From NCBI GenBank assembly GCA_964016885.1, contig OZ024759.1:2914001-2978000 (forward strand): a stretch of DNA of 64,000 nt, read 5' to 3'. The stretch is from Eledone cirrhosa (Eukaryota). Positions 53,201-64,000 of the stretch are shown here, in pieces. The notes under the pieces were generated by a model. It was not told where the DNA came from and did not search any database. It worked only from the letters and a program-made list of their open reading frames with translations. Numbering within the stretch: position 1 is the stretch's first letter; each line of letters opens with the position of its first letter. A program made the translations under genes and the position numbers.

Positions 53201-55948
53201 GAAGAGGCAATTAGAAGCGGCGACGTGGCCAGAGTGCTAGCGTCGAGAACGGCCCTGGGCCAGTTCTTCGACGCGAAACACAAAGGCTGCATCGTCCGAA
53301 GCAAAATACGTGCTCTGGGAAACGAGGGGACCAAAGCTGTTAGCTGGGCCCGCGTGACAGAAGCCAAAAGAGGGAGCAGATCCACTATCCGGTCTTTGCG
53401 AGACCAGGATGGACGGGTGATCCTTGAACCTAAGCAGATGTGCGAGGCTTTTCAAAAGCACTTTGCCGGATTGTTCGGAAGGGGCGGGGGGCCGGTTGGG
53501 GATGTGGACTTCGGTCCATACCTCGACGGCCTGCCGCGTCTCTCGGACAGGGAGGGGAAGTCCTGCGAGGAGCCGATTTCAGCCGCTGAGATAGAGGACG
53601 TGCTTAGCCAATGCGGCAAACGCAAATTCCCGGGTCTCGATGGTTTTCCATACGAACTATATCTAGCTATGCCGGACTTGTTCCCCGATCTCCTCGAGGC
53701 GGTCTACTGCAACTGGCAACAGAACGGGAGAATTCCCTGTGCTGTGACCAAGGGCGTAGTCACGCTAGTGAGGAAGGACGAGAACAAGGGGGACGATATA
53801 AATAATTTCAGGCCCATAACTCTGCTAAATACAGAGTTACAGGTGCTAGCAAAGAGGTTGGCGCTTGTCGTGGGCAACCTGGTGGGAGATGCGCAGACAT
53901 GTGCTATCCCGTCCAGGTCCATCCACGACAACCTCCACCTCATGCGATACATCATAGAGAGGGTTGGGAACGAACCCGGCTTTGGTGGGGCCCTGATCAA
54001 CTTGAATCAATCTAAGGCATTCGATAGGGTCGACCATGGTTACCTGGATGTGGTGCTAGCGGCGGCAGGCTTCGGACCCGTTTTCAGGGGCTGGATCAAT
54101 GCCATGCACAGCAGCCGCATCTGCTCTATGGTCAAGGTGAACGGCTACCTCTCGGAGCCGTTCGAAATCGCGCGGTCCATCCGACAGGGGTGCCCTCTCT
54201 CCTCCCTTCTGTATGTAATGACTCTAGAGCCACTGCTGCGGAAGTTGGAGTTGTTACAGGGCATCCCGTTGGAACCGGGATTGCGGAAAGCGGTGTCAGC
54301 CTACGCCGATGACGTAACAGTAATGGTGTCGACGGCCTCGGAAATCGGGGCGATCGGCACCTTACTGGAGGAGTACGAAAGGTTTACAGGGGCTAAGCTG
54401 AACCGGGACAAGTCGATCGGTCTGCAACTCGGCACGTGGAGGGGCAGATCGATGCCCTCCGATGGCGTCGTCGGGCGCTGGACGGAGGGCCCGGTGAAGT
54501 TGCTCGGGGTCTGGTTCGGACCAGACCTCCAGATGGAGAAGAACTGGGGTGAGGTAACGAACAGGGTGTTTGCACTGACCTAGAAGTGGGCCGAGTGCAA
54601 ACTGTCCCTGAAAGGTCGGGCGGAGGTGGCGAACACTTATATAGCGTCCGTCATCTACTACCGCCTGACCGTGGTGCCTTGCCCAAGGGAAACGCTCGCC
54701 AAAATGGAGCGCGCACTCTTCCAATTCCTTTGGAAGAAGCGGGCTCCTATGGTGAGGAGATCCATCTGCTGTCAACACCCTTCGAAAGGAGGGCTGGGGA
54801 TGCCGTGGCTAATGATACGTAAACACGCATTAAGGCTACGGCACCTTCAGGTATTCCTCTCCGGTCAACCGGTGTGGGCCCCGTTTGTGAGGCGAGCCTT
54901 TCCCAGACTCGTCTCACTCACCGAGCTGCAATCCTGGGTCAAGCAAAGACCGAGAAAACTGGGCGCCTGGCACACCGAGTGTGCCCAGGCGCTCACGGCT
55001 CTCTGGCAGGCGGACCCGGCTGTCAGTGGAGAATCCACCTCGTCATTCTATAGAGGGCTGGTGGTTAGCAGGTTCGACGACGCCCTCGGAGAAGCCCTAG
55101 GCATGGAGGAAGACGAACTGGCCAACCTGTTCGGTAGGACATTCAGCCCGGGACCCATGGATAACTTCCAGAGGTCCCTGGCCTGGCAATGCTACAGAAG
55201 GGCTCTGCCCGTTCTAGAAAGGCTCTACAGACACGGGCGCCCGGGTAGGGACCCATCGAAAAAGATCTGTCCCAGATGCGTGTGCGACGAGGAAACCGTT
55301 GCACACGCATTGGTACACTGCTCGGGCATTGCCGATCTGTGGGGCTATGTCGAACAACTGCTGTCAAGGGTGGGACCGATCCGGTTGACCACCGAGTCTA
55401 TTGTAACGATCAAGCCGCCTCCCCTCTTCAAAAACGAAGGAGAGGCGGTGTTTCTGTGCGTAATAGCCATGGCGAAAGGGGTTGTATGGTGGACGCGTCT
55501 GAAAAGACTGAGGTCAGACACCTTTCTCTCTGGCCAACAACTGGTCCGTTTCTTCCGATATCATTTCGGAAGAAGGATCAGGATGGAGAGAGAGGTGCTG
55601 CACCCCAGCCGTTTTTATGAAAGATGGGTGAAAGTGGCGAGAATGGCCCGTGTGAATGGGCCTTCACTCTACATCAGACTATAAGTGAGGAAGATGAAAG
55701 ACCAAGGGAGCACCCCTTCTCTGTGCTCCCGAGTAAAAGGGTTGCACACTTTTTTTCGGGGGTGTGTGCGACCCCCCAAGGCGCCTCCTCTCTATTGAGG
55801 ACTTTGTTATAAATTTTATTTTTTGTTATATTTTATTTTATTTTTATATATTGTTATTGCCTCCTCCTTATTGAGGACGCCTTGTTTTGTAAACTCCCCC
55901 CATTGTACTTGTCCCACTTTTGATGCCCTGGTGGCAAATAAAAGAAAC
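50225..55948 (+). mobile_element. Near full-length L1/Tx1-clade LINE, copy 2 (inactivated)
   Basis: ORF1 remnants at about 50459-52241. ORF2 at 52266-55684 with APE, RT (AYADD) and CPRC…HALVHC. The 3' end matches copy 1; the 5' boundary is approximate. Confidence 0.92.
52266..55684 (+). pseudogene. LINE ORF2 (APE-RT-zinc finger), with stops and frameshifts
   Basis: ORF pieces 52242-52772, 52914-53129, 53096-54583 and 54626-55684. Confidence 0.9.
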
Positions 55949-56694
55949 ATATCTATATATATATATATACTTACTATTGTACGTCTGTATACATATATGT
56001 ATGTACGTATACATACTTATATTTAAGTAACAGCCGTACTAAGAGTGAGAAATGATATTTCGTTTCATTTTTTCCGTATATATATATATATATATATATA
56101 ATACATAATAAAATGTATATATAATCCATCCGTACACATTCCTCTGCGATGTACACACATATATATATATATATATAAAATATATATATATATAGACCTA
56201 TATATACATACATACATACACACACATACATACATACGTATACACACACATACGCATACACAGCTATATATATATACATATATATATACACACACCCACA
56301 TATGTACACACAGGTACATGCATGCACACACATATAAACTCACGCATATACGTACACCTGCACACATACACCCCCCCCCCCCACACACACACACAGACGC
56401 GCATATATATATATATATATCTACATACACACACACATACATATACATACGCACAGGTCTACACATAAACATACATATAAAAACAATAAGATAATAAAAT
56501 AAAATAAATTTACAATATGTTAAAATACATTAAAATCTGTATATAACTTCACAAAGAGATTAATAAAAAAAAAAGGGGGCAGGAAAAGGAGAAGGTACGT
56601 GTGTTCATGTGATATACTACACACAGGTAGTATGAGGTGCAAACTTAGGGCCGTGTATGGAACAAACAACAATAACAAAACAATAATAGCAATA

Positions 56695-56920
56695 ATGATT
56701 TCTTTATTAACCACAAGGGTTTACATAAAGTAGACATTAAGGACAATACAGGATGGTACAAATGGGCATTTCTGCGTGTAAAAAGGAGGATGTAACAAAA
56801 AAATAACAATGTAAAATTCCCCAATAGGGGGGAGACTTCGGAGGGACATTTGTGGAGAAAGCCCAGTAAAAGGCCACAGTGACCCTGACCACCAAGGCAA
56901 GTGCCCTCTCCCAGTTTTCC
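56695..56920 (-). mobile_element. Probable 3' UTR remnant of a related LINE
   Basis: The reverse complement ends cccttgtggttaataaagaaat, similar to ccctggtggcaaataaagaaat in copy 1. Confidence 0.45.
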
Positions 56921-57349
56921 ACCTTTAATTTACAGATACGTACTCAGAGTAGGCCCATTCACTCGGGCCATTCTTGCTTCTCTCACCCATCTTTCAACAA
57001 TAATAATAATTATTATTCCAAAGTGGAACATGTGGCGAGTATATATTCACGATTGACGGGGTACACATTCATGAGGACGCTTGGTCCGGTCACCTTGGGG
57101 TATGTCACTGTGGTTGGGGTATGCTGTTCTATATGTTTGGGGTATTTGACTGGACGACCGTGGACTCTGTGTTAGTCGGTCCCGGCATAGGCGATGTACC
57201 TGCTCAATGTTGCGTGCTCGGTCTGGTGTGCACCTGGTTTATTTAGGTTTGCCACACGGGGCGTATAATGTCATCAGGGTATGGTGTCAGGTCCCTTAAT
57301 CCTGTTGGGCCGCTCGGGTCTGTGCGTACTCCGTCTCTGTTTTTTGAAG

Positions 57350-57438
57350 GTGTCCGAAGGAACCTGCAGCCGTAGAATCAACCAGATCCATACAGTGATC
57401 ATGTCTCGAGCTACCTGCCGGCGAAACAATTGTAACAC
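57350..57438 (+). ncRNA. Hammerhead-like motif, degenerate CCGAAGG core, long stem II
   Basis: gtgt-CCGAAGG-(62 nt)-GAAA-CAATTG-TA-acac. Confidence 0.45.
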
Positions 57439-57500
57439 GCAATAAACTGAGTCCAGATGCATCACTGATTTTTTTGGTTTTTATACTATATATATATATA

Positions 57501-59057
57501 CAGTGCCCCGCAAAAGTTTACAACACATTAGGAAAAATGCGGTTTTAGGTATTTTTAATAAAGTTAGGGTAATGAAAATTTAACTACTGATAGAACATAT
57601 AATGAGGCATTTAATGATACAATCATATTTTTTTTTAAATAACAAGGAAATAACTCATGAAGAAAAATCAATATTTTTATAACGCAAAAGTTTACAACAC
57701 ATTTTCTATTTATCGCTTTTTTTCAAGAAAATTCTTAAATTTTCAGATTTAAAATTCAGTAGAATGTTCTAGATTAGGTTTAAGGTAACTTCTAAGGACT
57801 ATTCAAAACATTACGTCATTATTTGTCTGACAACCATCCTGTAAACATTGACAACCATCCTGTAAACATTGACAATATGGGGAAAAATAAACTGATTGAT
57901 CAAGACCTCCGTAAAAGCATTGTAGACCTTCATACAAATGGTGTTGGTTATAGAAAGATATCTTGTCAGTTAAATGTGCCATTGAGTTCAGTTGGTACTA
58001 TAATTCGTCACTGGAAATCTCATCATTCCATCTGTCCTCTAATTAGTTCTGGTTGTCCTAGAAAGATAACGGAACGTGCAGCTCGGTTATTGACGAGAAA
58101 GGTTGGCAACGAACTCCGGTGTACTCTTAAAAATCTTCAGGATGACCTAGAAGAAAGTGGAGTAAAAGTGAGCACAGATACAATTAGTCGTTCACTTCGT
58201 CGATATAATATCTTCTCGAGATCTCCAAGGAAAACACCACTTCTTACGAGGAAACACTTCTTCGTTGATTAAACTTTGCAAATGATCTCATCAAACCTGC
58301 GTCATTTTGGGAAGGTGTACTTTGGTCGGACGAAACAAAAAATTGAACTTTTTGGTCGAAATGCTGTGGCAAAAGTCTGGAGAAAGTAAAGTACTGAATA
58401 TTCGCCGAAGAATACTATTCCAACTGTAAAATTTGGAGGTGGATCAATCATGGTCTGGGGTTGCTTTAGCGCCACAGGTGTAGGAAATATTGAAATAATA
58501 GAAGGAAGAATGGGTGGCACTTATTATAGAGGTATTTTGCAAAGGAATTTACATCAAAGTGCACATTCTCTCAGCTTAAAGCCAGGTTGGTTTTTTCAAC
58601 AAGATAACGATCCAAAGCATACTGCAAAGCTAACACAATCTTGGTTAAGTATGAATGGAATAAATGTTCTAAAATGGCCAAGTCAGTCTCCAGATCTTAA
58701 CCCGATCGAAAATTTGTGGAGAGAACTGAAACTCAGACTTCAAAAAAGGAAACCCCAAAATATCCCTGAACTAAAGAAAATGTGTTGTGAAGAATGGAAA
58801 AATATTAGCCAAGAAACATGCAAGAAGTTTGTAGGAGGCAACTCCAAACGCCTACAGGCTATAATTAGCAACAAAGGTTACGCTACGAAATATTAAGAGA
58901 TGATTTAATAAATGTGTTGTAAACTTTTGCGTTATAAAAATATAGATTTTTCTTAATGAGTTATTTCCTTGTTATTTTTTTAAAAATATGATTGTATCAT
59001 TAAATGCCTCATTATATGTTCTATCAGTAGTTACATTTTCATTACCCTAACTTTATT
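57501..59057 (+). mobile_element. Tc1-family transposon with long IR-DR-type TIRs; outer right end lost
   Basis: Starts TA|cagtg. Direct repeat gcaaaagtttacaacacatt at 57510 and 57684. 58911-59057 is the reverse complement of the inner left TIR. Confidence 0.9.
57877..58896 (+). pseudogene. Tc1 DD34E transposase, frameshifted
   Basis: WSDE, MVWGCF, QQDNDPKH…WPSQSPDLNPIENLW. 34 residues lie between D and E. Confidence 0.92.
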
Positions 59058-60817
59058 CATAATCAAAATCTATATTTTATTATACATATTTCAAAGGTAC
59101 AATGTTGTTTAAGTACGTTTTTATCAGACAAAATGTATGATTTGATATGTGACATACCACTATGGTCTTGATTATTCAATTCCAGTATTGGCTGTGATTT
59201 ATTTCACCAAATCTCAACGTGTTTATACCACAAATAATATGATAAACTTAGAGAAGAAAAGGGCATAGAGGGAGATGCAAAGAAGAGGAAAGGGCAAAAA
59301 TAAATAAATAAATGAATAAATAAATAAATGAATAAATGGATGAATGAATACAAGAAAAAAAATATAAAAGAAAAGAGGAATAAAAACAAAAGAGAGGGAA
59401 GATGTGGGGAGAGTAAAGAGAAAACGAAAGGCAATAAAGAAAAACGAAGAAAAAGAAAATGAAACTATGAAATAGAGGGCAGAATAAAAAAACCTGTTGT
59501 ATTCAAATGCAAGATAAAATAAGAAATCAAAAATCTATTCACATATATCAATGAATATCGCTTGTATTGGATTATGCTTTAGCTAATTATACTTTTATAT
59601 TATATCCAGATTATTAGGTATAGATTACTTTCTATAGCAATCAAATATTTAAGTTAATTACAAATTTATATAATTTAATTTAGCTCATTATAGAATATTA
59701 TAATTTTTAATTTTAAGGTAAGATATTCTATTAATATTTTACTACAACTTTAAAAGAATTAATCTTTAAAGCGTATTTAAATAATTATTAAATATGTATT
59801 AAAATATAATACCATGCATATATCCCCATCAATACATATAATATATTTTGTTCATTTATTATCCAAATTAATTTAGAAATTCTCTTTATGAAAGCTTTGT
59901 TATTCTTTAATTTTCATTTATTTCTTAGAATCCAACTGTGGTTATATTTGCACTCTATAATTTTATTTCATTTAATCAATGCTTATATTTACTTCTATAC
60001 TTAATTATTCTGATATATAGTTTCCTTTTAATGATAGTCTTAAACTTCATATCTCACGTCCAGCGATATTTTAAAAGCCTTAAATTATCTATTGTATATA
60101 TCGTAATTGACGCCTAATTAAATATTGAATTATACTAATCAAAGCATAGGATAAAAAGACTCTTAATGAAATTATTCCAATACATATAAATATCAATAAA
60201 TTAGGCAAAATTTATATCAATTAGGCAAAATTTATATATATTTAAATTATTAATTGTCCTTATTTTTTTTTAACTGGTACATTGCCTGGAAAGTTTTACA
60301 ATGTTATGGTGACAACTACTAAATAATTCATTTTTTTTTGTTGATTAAATTGTCATAGTTTGTGATTATCTGTAGAATCTCTTCATTGCAAAGATTGCAA
60401 ATTTCTGAGATTGTTAAGTTCTGGTAGGAAATAGCAAACTTTAATTTCCTCCAAGAGATGGAGTATTTAATATTATTGTCCTTTAAAGACCATACTAATT
60501 GCGAAAATGAAGTTGAGAATTTCTTATCTGGTCTATTGAAAGTATGTCTATGATTATACCAACGTTCCTTACATTTAGATGAAGTGGGACCTATGCAGTT
60601 ATATATTATTATTTGCCTTAATGGTACATTTATATTCTAGATTTTTGTCAAGGCAATTATTTTGTAAAGGACATTCAGACCTCTTTCTACAATTACATTT
60701 CTTCTCAGTGTTATTTACAGACGTTATACTATTCACATTATTATTAAAAGGCGTTCTACTATTATTCGTGTTTAAACTATTATTATTGTTATTCCTATTA
60801 ACTAATATATTATTATT

Positions 60818-61550
60818 ATGAATGTATATATAGTGTATTTTGCAATACACTGTATGCTTAAGTAAAAGCATTTTGAAGACTTTACGCTATTGTTTTAAAG
60901 TAGTGACCATGAAACTTCTTTTTTCAACAAACAAAGGGAGATAAGCTGATAGATCTCTGTTTCATCCTGTTGGTATTCCTCAGAGCTTAGCACTCCCCTT
61001 GTTTGTTGAAAATTAGGAATGTTGGATTCTTATAGAATTCCAGGAAGTGATTATACAGAGCGGTTGCAATACACTGTATGCTTAATTAAAAGCACTTTGA
61101 AGACCTTACGCTATTGTTTTAAAGTAGTGACTATGTCACTTTAATTAAGCATACAGTGTATATATAGTGCAAAATACACTATATATACATTCATATATAT
61201 ATATATATCGCTATTTCAGAGCACCAATTCTAATTTTCAATTTTTGCTGGACCGGCAACCGCTCTGTATAATCAGTCCCTGATTATTACTGGAATTCTAT
61301 AAGAATCCAACATTCATAATTTTCAACAAACAAGGGGGGTGCTAAGCTCTGAGGAATACCAACAGTATGAAACAGAGATCTGTCAGCTTATCTCCCTTTG
61401 TTTGTTGAAAAAAGAAGTAAGTGACATAGTCACTACTTTAAAACAATAGCGTAAGGTCTTCAAAGTGCTTTTAATTAAGCATACAGTGTATTGCAAAATA
61501 CACTATATATACATTCATATATATATCGCTATTTCAGAGCACCAATTCTA
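60818..61550 (+). mobile_element. Retrozyme-like non-coding element (~330-nt unit with terminal redundancy plus an inverted partial copy) nested in an (ATT)n tract of the PLE
   Basis: ttaattaagcatacagtgta recurs at 61141 and 61471. 60818-61140 is antisense to the same unit. HHRs lie in both arms. Confidence 0.75.
61343..61390 (+). ncRNA. Canonical type I hammerhead, predicted GUC cleavage after 61384; antisense copy at 60942-60989
   Basis: taagct-CTGAGGA-atac(caaca)gtat-GAAA-CAGAGATCTG-TC-agctta. Stem I is extended by 61320-61338 pairing with 61392-61411. Confidence 0.88.
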
Positions 61551-61598
<48 letters not shown>

Positions 61599-63039
61599 GC
61601 TAATTATAGGTTGGTTCAATTTAAGATTTTTATTATTTACTTTTGTTATATTTTGAGCAATATCCATAGTTGTTGAATAAGATAATTTAACTGTGTGTCT
61701 ATTGAAGGTAGAGTAATATTTATGTGATCTTGGGAAGCATTTATCCAAAGCTTTAAAAAGTAAATGTGCTGCAGGTGTTTTAGTAGCGAAAGATGCTAGC
61801 GGAACATACCAAATTATAGATCTAGTTCTTATTTTTTTCTTCGATTTATTCATCCAGTTGTTGTTTTTATATTTTATTATGATTATTATGATTATAATTA
61901 ATTTTATTTTGATGGATTTCTGTATTTTTATCTATATACTCAATATTATTGTTATATCCAGCTTTATGTAACGCTTCATTATAATATATAGCCTTACTAT
62001 TATAGCCTGGATATTCTTTGTTGTACACTGTTGACTATTGCGTTCTTAACACTTTTAGGATGATTAGAATAAAAACTAACATAATTTAAGTTCTCATTGA
62101 CTTTATGGAAAGGATAATAAAGGCCTGAGTTCAGATTTAGAGTCACATCTAAAAAATTGACTATTTTATTATTTTCTATTTCTAATTTCAGGTCATAATT
62201 TAAAAGAAATTCTATAATTGATTTCTTTACACTATTTAATTAACTATTGTTATGTTTTTCTACAATAAATAGTATGCCGTCCCTATAATCTCCAGCAATT
62301 TTCTATTTATCATGTTAAGGATAAAGATGCCCACAAGATCTGTAACTTGCGCCGAATCTGACGAACCCATAGGAATGACAAAATTCTTCGTCTATCTGCC
62401 CTAGTGCAAAGATCATTATTAAAATCAATCAAGGTTCGCCTTGCTGTTAATATAATATTTATCTCCTCACTAGATAGGTTTGTGTGTTTATATGCATATG
62501 ATAGCACCTTATTTAATAGATTAGGAGTTATCGAGGAATAATAACTGGCTATATCCATTTGAATGAACTTATAATTATTTTTATATTTAATATTTTTGAA
62601 CCAATCTATAACTTCACTTGTGCATTTCTATAGATTTAGCTGTGATTTCAACTTAATTGTTGATAAAATCCTATCTATTATATTCTTACTAATTATTCCA
62701 AGATCATTTATTTGTTTATTTCTTGCTTTTTCCTCTTCTTTTCATCCCCTTATATATTTCTACCTTGCTCTATGTCCTCTTCTTCTCTAAGTTTATCATA
62801 TTATTTGTGGTATAAAAACGTTGAGATTTGGTGAAATAAATCACTGCCAATACTGGAATTGAATAATCAAAACCATAGCGGTATGTCACATATCAAATCA
62901 TATATATATTTTGTCTGATGAAAACGTACTTAAACACCATTGCACCTTTGAAATATGTATAATAAAATATATATTTTGATTATGAGAATAATTTTCATTT
63001 ATTAACATTTGGAATAATATATATATATATATACATATA

Positions 63040-63095
<56 letters not shown>

Positions 63096-63096
<1 letters not shown>

Positions 63097-63594
63097 AGGA
63101 GGTGAATTTTATTGTAGTACAATAAAGCAATGCAGATATCGGATAAGTAGCACTCTACAGTTTGTAGGACTGGAGTATAAATAATATAAGATCAAAAGAT
63201 GGTTAAAAGAGTTCCATGTATTTTATTATGCGCATTTCAAAAACAAATGTCATCATGAGATGACATTGGCGTTTTCGTCAGGTAAAATAGGGAGACATGA
63301 TATGAAGGTTAAAAAGCACTTGCAGTTATAAATCAACATATATGTTGATTTAAAACTGCACTATTCAGAAGTGCTTTTTAACCTTCATATCATGTCTCCC
63401 TATTTTATCTGACGAAAACGCCAATGTCATCTCATGATGACATTTGTTTTTGAAATGCGCATAATAAAATACATGGAACTCTTTTAACCATCTTTTGATC
63501 TTATATTATTTATACTCCAGTCCTACAAACTGTAGAGTGCTACTTATCCGATATCTGCATTGCTTTATTGTACTACAATAAAATTCACCTCCTA
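63096..63594. mobile_element. Spacerless palindrome of family A pLTRs, with hammerheads at 63219-63289 (-) and 63401-63471 (+)
   Basis: taggaggtgaatttt…aaaattcacctccta, with centre aacatatatgtt near 63340. CTGACGA cores. Confidence 0.88.
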
Positions 63595-63635
63595 CACACA
63601 CACACACACACACACACATACACACACACACACAC

Positions 63636-63695
<60 letters not shown>

Positions 63696-63768
63696 GTGTG
63701 TGTGTGTGTGTGTAGTCCAATCATTGACCTCTATCAGTGACTTTTGACCTCTCTTATTAATTTTCCAG

Positions 63769-63864
63769 GTAATCCAACTGGAAGTGATGGAGCGGCCATG
63801 TCTATGACCGCGTTAAACGTCACACCTCGACCACTACTGTATCACAGGTATTCAGAACCTATAG
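63769..63864 (+). CDS. Putative exon D (S-NPTGSDGAAMSMTALNVTPRPLLYHRYSEPI-G)
   Basis: Acceptor ttaattttccAG, donor AG|gtaata (an alternative CAG|gtattc follows 63847). 96 nt, phase 1 to 1, compatible with exon C. Confidence 0.6.
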
Positions 63865-63896
63865 GTAATATATATATATATATAACATCTACACAC

Positions 63897-63951
<55 letters not shown>

Positions 63952-64000
63952 CTCACACAGACACGCATGTATACAAAAACATATATAAATACATACATGC

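Larger units (their letters stand above)
59058..62985 (-). mobile_element. Decayed PLE (RT plus GIY-YIG) bounded by inverted pLTRs with hammerheads at 59074-59134 (-, CTGATAA) and 62908-62968 (+, CTGATGA)
   Basis: FIQMDIASYYSSI, VNFLDVTL, RSIIWY, CNCRKRSECPLQNNCL. About 59058-59270 is the reverse complement of about 62765-62985. Confidence 0.88.

Overview
Repeat-saturated, AT-rich animal genomic DNA, not prokaryotic. The microsatellite and SINE style suggests an octopus or other cephalopod, but that is inference. The window appears to be mostly intron of one + strand host gene. Four small phase-compatible exons are visible (14708-14913, 15638-15734, 28502-28651, 63769-63864); the product is not recognised. 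The introns hold an 11-kb 31-bp satellite, a 43-bp satellite hit by two Helitrons at the same monomer position, two decayed near-full-length L1/Tx1-type LINEs, a hAT and a Tc1 transposon, tRNA-derived SINEs, LINE fragments and many Penelope-like element (PLE) remnants. The main hidden signal is about 26 type-I hammerhead ribozyme (HHR) motifs read by eye, about 17 with an intact CUGANGA...GAAA core. They come from several unrelated families and include non-coding foldback elements of two inverted HHR arms, a ~330-nt retrozyme-like unit, and a recurrent class with a C4 core and long stem-II insertions. The very long ORFs in the track are repeat artefacts. All structures and element boundaries were assigned by eye, without folding or alignment software.
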